A stretch of DNA of 63,741 bases, counting the filler, from Choristocarpus tenellus KU-1152 (taxonomy: Eukaryota; Protista; Phaeophyceae), in the NCBI GenBank assembly GCA_964200185.2. It is 13 parts of 13 records of this genome, joined end to end, with 100 filler letters (N's around TTAATTAATTAA, not from the genome) between each part and the next. Parts side by side here need not be neighbours in the genome. Positions count along the whole stretch, not along the records: positions 49,827 to 52,913 come from CAXNAD020022414.1; positions 53,014 to 55,845 come from CAXNAD020024348.1; positions 55,946 to 59,172 come from CAXNAD020021411.1; positions 59,273 to 63,741 come from CAXNAD020014400.1; 9 more parts are not named here. One strand, written 5' to 3'. A model generated the notes under the pieces. The model was not told where the DNA came from, did no database searches, and saw only the letters and a list, made by a program, of their open reading frames with translations. Shown here one piece after another: positions 50,601 to 63,741 of this stretch (positions are counted from its first letter, which is position 1; every line of letters starts with the position of its first letter). A program made the position numbers and the translations under genes.

Positions 50601-51449
50601 CCGACCAACAAGATGAGAGACGTAGTAACTGCGGATCTCTCACTGCCCATCCCTACCCAGTACACGGGTACAAGGCGAGAAGATTTAATCTCGCCCACTG
50701 GACTCTTGAACAACCTATTTGCAAGAGCGTGGCGAGAGAGAAGTAAGAGAAACAAATCGCAGTGGTAATAAAAGTCAAGAGAGAGGTTTAGGTGGCATTG
50801 ACATGGGCAACGACTTCAGCTCAGCTGAGCGAAAGCGGATGGGAGAAATCGAGAAAGCACCCTTTACGCACACCTTCCAGATTCAAAACAAGAGGCTTCA
50901 AATTTACATTTGTGGAATTGATATGGTAGTAGTATGATTCTCACTTTTGTTTATGTCTTGTGTATGTTTACTTCTGTTAGAGATTGCACATGTCACCAGG
51001 TGTAGCCCAATTGAGTTAATATATTACATTGCATCAGTGCTATCCTGCTTTGTTGGATATCGCGCTAGGTCGATCTACAAATATTTGGGGCGTTGACGCC
51101 TAGTCTTGATACCCAACCCTTTCCCCTCTCAAGAATACCACAACTCATCAGTGGGACATATTGAACTATGTTTTTTTACTCTTTGTTCTGAGTACATACG
51201 ACTTTGTTGTTTGTTGGCAATACATGAGGACAAGCTGGCCGCCCACTATTGTGCGATCTCGATTGAAAATGGACAGGTTTTGACATGTACGATTTGTTTG
51301 TTGCAATTTCTACACTAGCAAATATGTCCAACCTTGAAAATCACGGAGTTGGGCCCACAACATTGGGCAATACTTCTTGCAATAGTTGAGCCTACCCATC
51401 CAACCCTGACCTATTATCCATTACCGATCACTGTTCGCTTCAATTCTAG

Positions 51450-51991
51450 TCGATTCAAGAAGTGGGATTTTTCGTCCATCATTTCCAGTGATGGGGTGCA
51501 GACACATGAAGTGAGGACCTTTTACGACAAGGGTGGTGTTGACCAGCGGGCTCTCTATAAGCTCCTGTGAGCTGATGGGACACCCTTGGTCTGCTATCAC
51601 CCCATCCATCAAGGGCAAAAAGCGACGACCAAGGATGACAGTGGCACGTGGGAGGTGTTCGGTCCTGCAGGTCCAGAGGGTAGTAATCCCCCCCATTTGT
51701 TTGTCCGGCGTTGCAACGGGATCAAGAATGAGAAGATTATGTTTGGCAGCACACGGCCCATTGCCGCGAGCCAGAATCCCGAGCGTACGTTGCTACTGGC
51801 CAGTGGAAGCCTTGAGCCAAGGGGCATCATCAAGTCAAACCCTAGTGGTGTCGTTGAGGCCACTCTTCGAGCCCGGTATGGCCGCAAGAGTCCGTCATTG
51901 TTGTATGTGCCGGGTGATGTACAGGATGTGGAGCAGATTCTTCTCTTCTTCTGCCTGTACGACACGATTCGCTCAGTTGGTGAACTGCAGG
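51450..51991 (+). pseudogene. LURP-one/Tubby-C-like (scramblase-fold) exon with an in-frame TGA at 51568
   Basis: ORFs 51334-51570 and 51586-52002 share a frame: RFKKWDFSSIISSDG...KLL*ADGTPLV...TWEVF...LFVRR...SGVVEATL...LYVPGDVQDVEQILLFFCLYD. Bounded by tag| and |gtgagc. Confidence 0.55.
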
Positions 51992-53335
51992 GTGAGCAGT
52001 GAGATTAAATTGATATCTTCCCATGTTACTAGATGCACCTCCCACAAACATATGTGCTTGCCCCTTGCAATGGTAGCTACTCAGGAGTCATTATGCCTTT
52101 TGTCTTACTTGTATGTACAGTTAATACAGGCCTTCATTTTAACACTATTCAAAACAATAGTGAAGATGTGTACATTCACTAAAGTGTTACACTCCCAGAG
52201 GATGAATCAGAGTAGGGGATTGGTCGCCCACGGGTTCCTCGTGAAGAGTAGGACCAAGTGGACATTTCAGTCCAGCAATCAGGGAAGCACAACCTTAGGG
52301 CGGGTGAAAACAGAGACTCCTTCCATACAGTAGTTGATACAATCTGGTAGGCGAGTATGACTTCCTAGAATATATTGACACCTGTATGTCTACAATATGA
52401 CTTCCATCCTTCCTTTACTTCGGCAACTAATTTTTAGTGAGTGGTACACATCATCACTGTTGTTCTGAACCATTGCTCTTGAGTCAAACCAATAGGGAGG
52501 TAGGCAGGTTTGGACCCTTTTCATTCCAAGTCATCTTTCTTACCCTGTGCAATACACCCTATTTCATTGCATTCAGTGCACAATAGTGTACACAAAATTG
52601 ATATTCCTCTCCATATACAAGGTGACATCACATTTGAGCAAAGGCTTGTTCTGCAATTTCACGAAATGGCGTCTTTTTGCCTATTCTTGGTATCCTTAAA
52701 ATTCAACCCTGTCTACATCTCAATTGGTTTGACTGCTTTGATATGTTATTTCAAATACGACAATATATGTCACACTCGCTAAAATGATAGTGTTTTTGAG
52801 TCCTACTTCTAGTAGTTGATTAGCGTCCAATACGGATTGCTACTGTTATAGGCGCCCCTCAATGCTCACCTTCCAGGATGTACAACTCAAATCCAACGAC
52901 CTCAAAACGACGCNNNNNNNNNNNNNNNNNNNNNNNNNNNNNNNNNNNNNNNNNNNNTTAATTAATTAANNNNNNNNNNNNNNNNNNNNNNNNNNNNNNN
53001 NNNNNNNNNNNNNCGCAATGGATGCCCCGTCACAAACCTCCCCCCCCCCCCCCCCCCAGATACTTTGACCCAATCAATAGGTTGAAGTTCAATTGCCACT
53101 CACAACTAACTGATGTACTCCGAAGAAGATAATGGGATACATCATCCTAGGACATGATGAGTACTGACAGAGGGCAGTATTCTTTTCTACACATAAAAAC
53201 CACTGGCAAGCTCAAATGGGTACCCCACTCTTCCCTCATTCACCAAGTGTGCTTCTGATGACTTAAGTCCCCCACCATCCTGGTCTTCAACTTGACTTCC
53301 TTATTCTGAGACCATTTGTTGGGGAGCAACTCTGC

Positions 53336-53388
<53 letters not shown>

Positions 53389-53519
53389 CCCCCCAATTAC
53401 TCTTTTATATTTTTTTTTTTTTTTTGTTTTTTTTTTATTTTATTATANNNNNNNNNNCATCCCCCCCTTTCTTTTCTTCTTCTTGACTTTTTTTTTTTGC
53501 ACCTCTTTGTTTGGAAGCA

Positions 53520-53550
<31 letters not shown>

Positions 53551-53944
53551 CTCAATGCAACTAGGATAGTATGTTACTGCAAAGATTTTTTAAAATGTAT
53601 TTTCTTCAAAGCATTAACATTCATAGTATAAGGTTTTGCCGTTACAGAATTATTCGTTGTTTGTTCTTAATGGTCACTAATGCTCAGGGGTGCAATCGCG
53701 CGTGTCAGGTGGGAGAGGGGAGGGGGGAGGATGAGAGAAGTGAAATCTAAGCCAAACTTAAGAAAAATGAACCAGATAGAGAGGGAGAGAAAAAGATTAA
53801 GAAAGCCTCTTCATTCACAAGCACCAACAAGACTCCCAATTTAGTATGCGCAAGAGATCTTCTGTCTCCTCCCCTCCCCCCCCCAAAAATAAATAAATAA
53901 ATAATATCCTGGCTTTGGTGTGCCCCCCCCCTTCTCACACTCAC

Positions 53945-55034
53945 TCGTACTGAAACCTCAAGCGCCTGGGGTATGAGAACATGTCAATCTATATACCAAA
54001 AAGACACACTTGGGGAAAAAAATAAAAATGAATTGCACCATAGAGTTGGAGGGTTCTGAGCACACACATCGACACAAAAACAAACGCACGTGTGATTTGC
54101 TCGACGGTATACATTTCGGTATATACCAAAAAAAAATCGGGGCCCTCTCCACAACAACCTCTCAAACAAAACAAAACAAACAAAACGCCTCCGACAACAA
54201 GCCAGATCAAGAAAACCCTGAAAACGAGACCAGACCAAGAACTTCGTGGTCTCATCATTCTGCCAGGAGTATAACAGCAGCTGGTCCCATCCAGACAAAC
54301 TACTACCAGATCATTATTCTTCACTTCTTCAAAAAGCACACATCTCCAAGATCACCCAAGCGCCTTCACATAAGACTCTGTCATCAACAAAACCCACAAT
54401 TGCACCGACAGATAGGTCTCGCCTATCTCCCCCCCCCCCCCCCCCCCCCCTCTCCCCCATCGAGAAGAGGGGGGTGGTGGAAAGGGAGGGAATACTCCTC
54501 TTCCCCCCCGCTTCCATTCCACTTCCCCCACCACGTGTACCCTCCTCCTTTCACCCACCTCGAGCACTTTCTCCCAGCTCTTGGCTACATGAAGATAAGC
54601 GTTGGTTTCATTATGAACAAGCATATCTCGGTGCATTCGACTCCAACCCTGAGGGTTAGGGTTAGGGAAGTGGTATGATAGGGTGGGGGTGGATAGCTAT
54701 GAAATGCCTACCTTCTTACAACCACTACACTTGTTGTGTACAAACCACCATGTGCTATACACGGTATGTTGGCATTTTTTTGGGGGGGAGGGGGCACACA
54801 CACACACACACTGGTAGTGGAACAACAGCGATGTGTTGAGCAGGGGCATGGTTTTCCTCTTACAAATACAGCACACACACACACAGACAGACGCAAGACT
54901 TTCACCTCGTAATTTTCCGGCAGGAGGTCCTTGGTGGTGAACAGACTCCTCAGCGTCTGTGCCCTCTTGTCCAGCTGATTGTTCACATCGGTCGTAGCCG
55001 CCATGATGCTCTGGAGCCCCGATGTGAGGTAGTC
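53945..55034 (-). CDS. Internal exons of an unidentified gene: 55034-54906 (43 aa) and a probable 21-nt microexon 53965-53945
   Basis: cag|DYLTSGLQSIMAATTDVNNQLDKRAQTLRSLFTTKDLLPENYE|gtgaaa, then ccccag|ALEVSVR|gtgagt; both phase 0. Confidence 0.55.
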
Positions 55035-58000
55035 CTGGCATCGCAAGCACGGGAGGGACAGGAGCAACATGTCCGGGAGTTACAACGATGGCAAGATTAC
55101 ATTTTATTTATTTATTCATGACTAACACAGAATAAAAATAAATAAATAATAGTAACAGCATTGGGATTGCAATAGAGCAGTGCTTTTGGTAAAATAATAA
55201 TAATAATAATAAACGGTTCCATCTTCGTGCAGCAGGATGGGGCAAAGCCACATCGGTAGGACAGGAAGAACCCCAACATACACCCACACATACGAACACA
55301 CAGCAAATGCTATGTTTTGATTTGCAATGTATTATTTCCGTTTGCATCACTTATTTACTCACGTACATACAAATATGCAACGAAGCATCAGGAGGGGGGC
55401 GGGAGGCTAGGTTTAGGTATAGGGATGTGCAATACTCAGTAGGGTGTTGGGGATAATTTGCATACAAAAGGGGTGACCCAAGGGATGAGAGTCGACCTTT
55501 TGATGCACGCCAAACAGAATATCTCAACCAATCAAACACAACATGTCACACACGTACAAACTGAGGCCCGCTAGTAAAATAAATAAAAAAATCATTTTTT
55601 TGCACTGTTTCATCGCAATGGGATAGGAACGTGACCTTTTCATGAATATTCAAAAATTGCAAACTTTAATTTTTTATTATTATTTTTTGGGTTGTTAGGG
55701 GGGCGGACCTGAATGGAGCATGGCAGTTACAGGAGGAAGAGGAAGAGGTGCAGCTCAATAACAGGGAGACAAATGCTCCTCCTTTGGACGTCAACAACAC
55801 ACCCCATTGTACTGAATGTTGCCCCCCTACTTATCCCCCCTCCCCNNNNNNNNNNNNNNNNNNNNNNNNNNNNNNNNNNNNNNNNNNNNTTAATTAATTA
55901 ANNNNNNNNNNNNNNNNNNNNNNNNNNNNNNNNNNNNNNNNNNNNAAAGACCGTTTTCGCAAAACAACCATCCTCATAGTCCGGGGCCATCCCCAATTTT
56001 GAGGATCCCCTGTTATTGAGAGTCAAAAATATGCTCCAGTTGGAAATGACTCAAGTCTTGTGTAATGACTGACAATTATTCGTGCGAGAACCCTGGTACC
56101 TATTGGTATTATTATCACTAACATTACATTTCATCCTGCTGTCCCTGTCTTGTACTACAGTAAACGTTTACTGACCTAGTTGGAAATTGTTTTGCTTACA
56201 CCCTACCCAAAACTTCGGCTGGCCAAGACAAGTCTATCTATCCGGCAACTGGTGGATGAGCTTAACCCTTCACATTGGCCTTCATATGTTGGTCTAGTAC
56301 AGCACAACCTTCAGAATTGGCTTGTGATGTGCTCATTACTGTAGGCAGAGAGCTGCAAATTTATCTATTTTTTAAATTTCAATACACAATACAACACAGA
56401 AGTTTAGTAGATTTGTTTGGTCGAACCTTGGATATGGGAGATTGCTTGGAACTCAACATCGAACATATAGAGCTAGAATGCCCCAAACAAGTTTAACAGA
56501 GCATCAACAATGATGGCACGACAAGTGAAACTTTCACCCAGAAGGACATACTGTGCAGTTTGCCATATGGTGAGGAAGTTAGGAAACCTATTGTATGACC
56601 TGTATTTCCTCTGTCTTCTCTCACTCTGGTGTTCAGCACGTCTTTCAATTCCAACAATTGTTGTGCATGAACCACTTCACCTACAAAAAAGAAGAGGATT
56701 AAAAATACTGAAGAATAGCTTGACGAGGGATGGCCTACATTCAGTGAACTGCGTGTGAACTCTTGAGCCTTGCAGTGGCGCAAGGAAGTCAACTGGTTGT
56801 CAGGGTTCCCTCATGACAGTGGGTACTCCATGTAGTGTCCTAGGGTGGACACACATAGGAAGAAAGTGTTCCAGATACTAGATGACACAGGAGGAAATGA
56901 ATAGGTTAGGGAAATCCTTAGAGGGATCAAGAGGGAGATGCATCTCTCTTCAACACAGGGCACATATCTGACAGGGTGAGCACAGGACTCAATGGGTGAG
57001 AAGGGAATTGAGCCAATAAGTCAAGGCAGACAAAAACCCAGACACATAATAATATATATTGTTAGTAGCATTACAGCAACAAATATGGAAGACAAGAAAC
57101 AAACAACAGCATGTGCGTCAGCAACACTTCTCAACTTGGCAGAGCTTTCCAACAGCACCTGACGTTTAGGGGAAACGACATGTGTGTCCACCTGAACTTC
57201 CTCCATCTCCAAGAACATCAAGGCGTGCGATGTCCAACAATGTCACATTCACAAACAAGACCTTTACACAGGTACAACCTTTCTCTTGCAGTGCGAGATG
57301 GACAAAAAATCCATCAAATACAATGTGTCAAAGTAGCAAATTTACTAACTTTCGGAAAACATTGTCCCAATGCTCTCAAAATTCCATTCCAGGGAAACTC
57401 ATAACAAGATCCATAGGTGCCACTCAGGTTTGCTCAAGTCTGCCCTCCCCTCACTCCTTACCACATCCTTGCAACCATCTCAAACCTTCCCATGGCACCA
57501 TGCTGCGCACAAGTCTAAGTCTACGACCCATTATTATTCACCACAGCTCATGTGAAGCGAAAGCCTCGCTTGGTTAGATCAGCCTTTGCCGCGAAAATAT
57601 CCTGCCAGAAAAAAAGTGATTGATGGGGAAAGGGGGTGGGAGCAGAAGGAGTGATTGAACGTTTGAACACATATCTCATTCTGGACACACCAGTAACTCT
57701 TATCCCCTAAAGGTCTGCCTTCCTGCCTTACACCTCTGCACACACCATAAATAATCATTCCAAGCAGGTAATTTTCTGATAGCTAGAATTGGTATTGAGT
57801 GTGGTCACTTGGCGTATCACACTAAAGGAAAAAAAATTGTTAGTAAGATGCGTGCAGAGGAAGGCGTCTTGCAGCAAATTGCATACCACACTAAGCCAGA
57901 CTCTAAGACCATTCCCCCAAGAACAGAAATGCGGTCTCACATGTTGAAACATTAGCAAGAACGACACAACATAGGTCATCCCATAGTATACTACTCTGGA

Positions 58001-58811
58001 GTAGTTCCAGATCCCCCTGGTAGACCAAAAAAAATGATTCAGTTATTGATGGCATGGCTCACATATCAGTGCAGCTACATATTTTTTTCTCTTGATACAC
58101 ATGTTGAAGTTCAGAATGTCAGCATTCAAATCAGTTTACCCAACATCTGAGCACTGTTCTTGAGACAAATATTAGTGAAGGTAGAGCACCAAGTCGCGGG
58201 AAGTGAAAATCAGGACTGAAACTATCAAATCGTGTCAACAATGTCCGGCTGCCATGCTCCCGAAGGGTGAAACTCCAATACACCAGAATTTCAATTCTCG
58301 AGATCAGCTGTACCAACAGACGCCACCTGGTACAATGAGAAAGACAAAGGACATTCCCCCTCACAAGGGGATAGCTGCCGTTGGAGACTACTTCAGGGTG
58401 TGCAAGGAGTCTGGCAACATCCGACCATCAATGCGACCAAGTCACACTACTAGAGGAAGACTTCTAGGTGAAAAAAGTGCTGCGTTAACATTACCCCGAG
58501 GCATGGAGCAGCATACACCAACGCAAAATATTGTCAACAGCACTTCCACAGCAAGAGGCTCTCTGTTGTTGCCCATTTCCCCCCCTCTGTTATGACTGAT
58601 ACACGAATGTCATGGATGCAGTGCCAATAATATACAAATAAAGGGTGGTGGGGGGGGGGGGGGGGGGGGGGGGGGTGAAAAGGAGGAACCCCCGGCGGGG
58701 GGAAAAACCGCCAAAAAAAAAACCTCTTATAACAGNNNNNNNNNNTTCCTCTTCCCCCCCCCGCGGTTGGAGAGTTGGGAGGGGGGGGGGGGGGGGGGGG
58801 GGAAGAGAGTA

Positions 58812-58847
<36 letters not shown>

Positions 58848-59117
58848 GGGTGTTGAAATGTAGGACACCCTGGCTTGAGACAAGCAGCCTACAGATTACG
58901 CCTTGATTAAGTGACAAGTGCAAACACATACAGACAGCTGCCATATGGAGTGTTCTATGGCACTGTATTATTTCAATCATCCCATTGAACAGGTGCTTCT
59001 CCTTGTGTCAACTAAGTACTACACAAATAGGAATTGCATTGAAGAAGCGGCTATTAAATCATCAACATCATCAACATGGTTGATGATCAGGTGCAGCACC
59101 ATCCATTCACACCACCA

Positions 59118-59147
59118 TAGGTAGGTAGGTAGGTAGGTAGGTAGGTA
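59118..59147. repeat. (TAGG)n microsatellite
   Basis: About 7 units. Confidence 0.9.
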
Positions 59148-61226
59148 GAAGTCCCTCTTACCACTGCAAGGGNNNNNNNNNNNNNNNNNNNNNNNNNNNN
59201 NNNNNNNNNNNNNNNNTTAATTAATTAANNNNNNNNNNNNNNNNNNNNNNNNNNNNNNNNNNNNNNNNNNNNCCATAGCATCGTTTTGAGGTCGTTGGAT
59301 TTGAGTTGTACATCCTGGAAGGTGAGCATTGAGGGGCGCCTGTAACACATATACTCTTATTCCTGGACTTAGGGTATAAAGTTGATTAAGACTTTCTCCC
59401 AGCCTACATTCATTCGAGAAATCAACACAATTTTCGATCAACTCAAGCCTGTCCTCCCTCGCCCTGCGCCTTCATAAAATATTGTAACCTGCCCAGGAAA
59501 CATGGATGGTGCCCATTTCCGGTGTTAAACAAGGAAATGTGATAGTAAAGGCTCTAACACTGCTAATCCTGTACCTGTATATGAACGACGGGAAAGTCTG
59601 TCAATCAAAAGGCACTCAAGATGGCAGCAGGATATGCGATGGTCATGTTGGAAACTGTGAGTAAATGGGACAGAGAACTTCCTATCTATCTAAGGGCCAC
59701 ATCAAGGTATCGGAGCAAGGGCGCTAGGAGAGGCGTTTCGTTCTGGGCCTCGACGAGGACATCCTAGCCGAGGTCAAAGATAGATTGCGCGAACACACAG
59801 GAAGAAAGGGTGGGGAGGATTTTTTTCCGGCTAAACCCAAAACTTTAATCAAGCAATAGTGCATCTGTGGTCACTCGTGGTGACCTACAATCCACGGTTC
59901 GAATCCCAATATGAGCGCTCTTTCTTCAAAAAAAGGAAAAAAAATGGCTTTAAAACCCCGCGAAGCCCGCTCTCTGGAGGATCTTGTGACGGGCATCACG
60001 AATATGCTTTTATTTTTTTAATCCGATGTCTACATCAAGAGTTATGACGTGTCAATTTCAGAGGGCGAAGTTACTGTTATCACTAAATATTAAAAACAAA
60101 ATGCTTAGGGTTAGTGTTAACTTTATCATGAAATGTTCTCTATTATTATTTCTATTCTGAATCTTCTATAATAGTTCGGAATTGTCCGATAACGATAAAT
60201 TAATCGTATTAATATGATGTACCTTCACAAATTGAATTTTTGTCATGTATAATAGTTGTCTTTTTCTTCTGTAATTATTGTTTAGTTCTATTCTTTTGTT
60301 CTTTTTCTAAACTTCGTTTTTTCTTTTATGTTGTTCCTCGTTTTTCTCAACTGATACGCTATTGAATATTCTATAGATGTATGAAATTAGGAGCAGTGTA
60401 TGTTGTAGTAGCATTCCATACACCTTGTTTATTTTCCTCTCTGTTGTGATTTTGAATGGTTATCTTTTTCCTCTGAGTTTGTTTTGTTCTTATATTTGTT
60501 TTCTTTTTCAACTCTATTTTTTCTTGTATGTTCATTCCCCGTTTTCTGAACCGATATCCTTCTTTCTACTACGTTTTCCACCACAACTATCTCTACTTTC
60601 TTCCTTGACATGAATGAATACTATATAATAATATACAATTCTTGTAAATAATACATGTGAAAATATGTGTTTGGTATAAATATTCTATCTAGCATAGTAG
60701 AAAAATATATATATATTGTAAAAGTATTCCAAGAATTCGATATTTTTGAGGTAAAGTAAAGATTCAACATTGTTCGATCGTCTTTTTTCAATTAAGAAGA
60801 ACATATTCCTCTTCCTTTTACCTCCTTGCAGTACAGACGTGTCTCTTGTATTATAATCTAACAGTTGATAACAACTACTGTATTTTACCAGGTATTGTGT
60901 GTTACTGATGGCATTGCAGTTCAAATCTATATATAGGTCGATGTTGTCTCCTTCTCCAAAGAAGTTCATTGGTCCTCCAATCCCGCTTGTCCTCCCATCC
61001 TCTCCCTCTTCGCATCCTCTGCAATACGAATCATTTCTTGTTCTTTTCGCTCTGAATTGGCAGGAAGGCAAGAGGGTGTGTAGATGCAGTGGTTGTGTTC
61101 TGCCCCTTTCTCAATCTCCACTCCTTTCTCCGCACTATCCTTACAAAATTACCCTGTATCCGTGCAAGCCCCGAGGATAGTAGCTTCTACTCCAGGACAA
61201 AGGGCATAGACCTTCGTTCTTGAGAG

Positions 61227-62057
61227 ATGGCGACTCGATTACGGATGTCATCAAAGTCGCGACCGTCGACGTCCCTCCTACGTTTGCTGGCGCCCTTGCT
61301 TTGTTTTCGACAATTGCTTGTCCTTGGAAATGTGGATGTCACTTTCGGTGATGGGGGGGAGAAATGGGTGGAAAGGGAGCAAGGAAGTTTATCTCTTGGT
61401 ATTCTTGCTTCTTCACATTGGGCTCAGGTGAGATACAGCTTAGGGCATGTTGGCCAGTGCTTCACCTCCATATTCTGCTCTGCGTGCTATTGAGGATAAT
61501 CTAGCTCTCTATTGTAGCGCCTGCTTGGTAGTAATTCATTTTGCACCGAGTCACTGACTGATTTCTTCGGCATGGCGATTAGCACCCAGATATAGTCGGT
61601 CGCTATATATGATGGAACACGGTAGGCGCTTGAAAGAGTCTACCTTACCTGTCGACAGTCATCTTGAGGTAGCAAGAGACGATCAACTTTAGCATCTCTC
61701 ACAACTCGAACCCCGACAGAGAAACAATGAGAGAGGGTCAAGTATTTGATTCTATGACCTTTTGCAACCCTTGGCCGTCCCTCGATTGCAGCCTCCCCCT
61801 TGGAATTCAACTGATTGCATGCGCAGCACGGGCTCAAGTTACCTGCAGCAGGAAGTTGATCCCGAGGGATATCTAGTATTGGTTAATGCCATGGAGCAGC
61901 TAGGGGGCACCAAGGCGATCCTCGCAGATGCCATATTTATGGCTAACGAACTAAACCGGACGCTGGTGGAATCTCCAGCGTCACGCTCTAGGGTGGTGAA
62001 CGCTGACTCGGGCACGGGAATAGGAATGTATTGGGATATGGACCTGATATGTAAAAG
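61227..62057 (+). CDS. O-fucosyltransferase family (POFUT-like) protein, 5' part; exons 61227-61427 and 61849-62057
   Basis: Hydrophobic N-terminus, then GYLVLVNAMEQLGGTKAILADAIFMANELNRTLVESP...MYWDMDLI. A..LNRTLV.P and +DL are O-FucT motifs. GT-AG boundaries are in phase. Confidence 0.72.
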
Positions 62058-62468
62058 GTATGAAGTATGGAGGAACTGGGGTCTTGCCCATTTTTTTCCA
62101 ACTCTATCTCAAGTGTCCAGGGTCTTCACCTTCTGACTATTGTAGTTTGAAAACTAAAAATGGAGTTGCTTCAGTGTTGCTGCGTCATAAAGAATATATA
62201 TATATATCATAGGTAGATATCTGTACACAAATGCATATTTTACCATATCGCACCACAGTAATCGTCACCTTGCAGAACACTAAACGCACCAGTGACCATT
62301 GATAATATAGCTACAATCTTACTAAAATCAATAGATACAGCAATTTAGGTATCGACAATATTTTCTACAGTAGTGATTATGCCATAAGCATCCCCACCTC
62401 CTGCACAGCAGAGAAGAAAATGTAGCAGAATAAATCGGTTCAATCGCTTTCACTTCAATTTTTTCAGT

Positions 62469-62719
62469 TCTCCCATAGAGTAAACAATGTGGCCAATGCT
62501 ATGGGCCCCTTTGCTGCTGTGTACGTAGTGTACGTGGATGGTACTGGAAACAAGTCTTGTGACCTTGGGGATGATGCCTTCTGGATATTGGCAGTTAGTG
62601 GTGTTGGTATCACTAATGGTCTGGCAGTGTATGGTTCCAAGATTATTTCGGCAATTGATGTGAAGATCTGTAAGATTACTCCCCGAGGGTTTGTGATTGA
62701 ACTTTGTCTGCGATACTAA
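62469..62719 (+). pseudogene. PiT/PHO4 phosphate transporter C-terminal fragment, degenerate
   Basis: FSHRVNNVANAMGPFAAVY...DAFWILAVSGVGITNGLAVYGSKIISAIDVKICKITP-RGFVIEL versus the family pattern HGANDVANAMGP...ITPSRGF.IELG. The signature is mutated and the frame stops early. Confidence 0.85.
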
Positions 62720-63741
62720 CCCTTGATTATTTCCAACATCTTATACACACTATTATGTCGTAAAAAATCATAGCCAAAACTAAACCAAATTGTTGAATCA
62801 TTAATAGATGGCCATTTTCACATCTCAAGGGTATCTTTTGATCCTCTAGATGTCTGCTATGATATTTTACATATTTGATATACTACCTAGTATTCATTCC
62901 AATTTTTTCCCCTCCTTGATGTGAGAATGCCCTTCAATGATCTAGCAGAACCCTCCTGTCCAAAGATAGATTTGTTAATTTAAGTTCCACTTCATAGTTT
63001 CTGAGCAGCAAACTACAACAATCTACACGCCATTTTTATATTGTTCAAGTGAGTGGTGCTGCTAAGCTGGTGGGATAGTGTTATTAATGGTTTTCTTCAT
63101 GTGCATGAGGTCTAGACTTTCTTGCCAATATTTGGCTTTTCATGGGAGCCATTATTTCCTCTTTGGAGTTTGTTGTTAGGCATGTCAAGAGAAGGAGGCT
63201 CTGTCATGTGTAACAAGTAACACACAAAATATCAAGTTATGTGTGTTTTCCAAGCATATCATAAACTGTGGTTCTGAGATACTGAGATGTGAAGTGATTA
63301 CATGTATGTCAATATGTGAATATACTGGAACCTCTTGTTCCATATATGGTGGTGCTTTATTGTGCAAGATGTAATACACCACTTTTCCCTTCATCCTTCC
63401 TTTCAATGAGGACACTATAAAAGTCAGAAAAATAAGTAAAATGTGCTTGAAAGTTCTGGGAATGCCAACACTAGGAAACTTCTCCTTTTGATCTATCCAG
63501 CTATGGTAGCCATCACCAGAAGTACTGTAGTACACACACAAACTTGTCACATCTCAGAAATGCACAAAGAAATCTAGTTGGTGGTATTCCTTGTGAACAA
63601 AAGCGTCAAACTGTCACCATCAACCTAACCCTAACCCTCACATTATTTTCTTCTTTCGATCAGTTGCAACCGTCTTTAAGATATAGTGTCTACTGATTAA
63701 TGTGTGTTTTAACACCTGGGTCAAAGTATCTGGGGGGGGGG

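Noticed and set aside
51533-52333. 266-aa ORF, the longest in the window
   Set aside because: It is an off-frame shadow of the LURP-one-like exon running into intron sequence, with no recognisable motifs.
54010-54678. 222-aa Pro-rich ORF and similar poly-Pro/poly-Gly ORFs (for example 58534-58980)
   Set aside because: They arise from homopolymer and low-complexity intronic sequence.
55946-59172. Protein-coding gene in contig 12
   Set aside because: Several short frames exist, but I could not recognise any or link them by splice phase.

Overview
The window is 13 short eukaryotic contigs joined by artificial N-TTAATTAATTAA-N spacers: 1-4301, 4402-7047, 7148-12739, 12840-21863, 21964-35599, 35700-39904, 40004-43150, 43251-46724, 46824-49726, 49827-52913, 53014-55845, 55946-59172 and 59273-63741. 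Adjacency across spacers means nothing. The genome is intron-rich and repeat-rich, probably a stramenopile alga (inferred from the CNOT2 and PiT peptides and TTAGGG arrays). Most six-frame ORFs are spurious; real genes emerge only after manual splicing. Host genes are a partial CNOT2, an Stf0-like sulfotransferase, DDAH, a Rubisco-LSMT-type SET exon and an O-fucosyltransferase-like gene, plus LURP-one-like and PiT/PHO4 pseudogene fragments. There are three main finds. (1) 7332-12372: a spliced, decaying gene with an HTH-like segment, an acidic linker, a C4HC3 PHD-like finger and a divergent beta-class (N6A/N4C-type) DNA-methyltransferase-like domain. (2) 15045-18529: a multi-intron, decayed Sola2-like transposase gene with a SAP-like insert. 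(3) Three MITE families with related G(A/G)GTCA(A/G)AGT termini and 4-bp target duplications, which fit Sola2 mobilisation. Also present: a scrambled Copia derivative with a half-tRNA-iMet PBS, a TGT...ACA element nested inside a MITE, a foldback element and several minisatellites. All family assignments come from motif recognition by eye, not from database searches.
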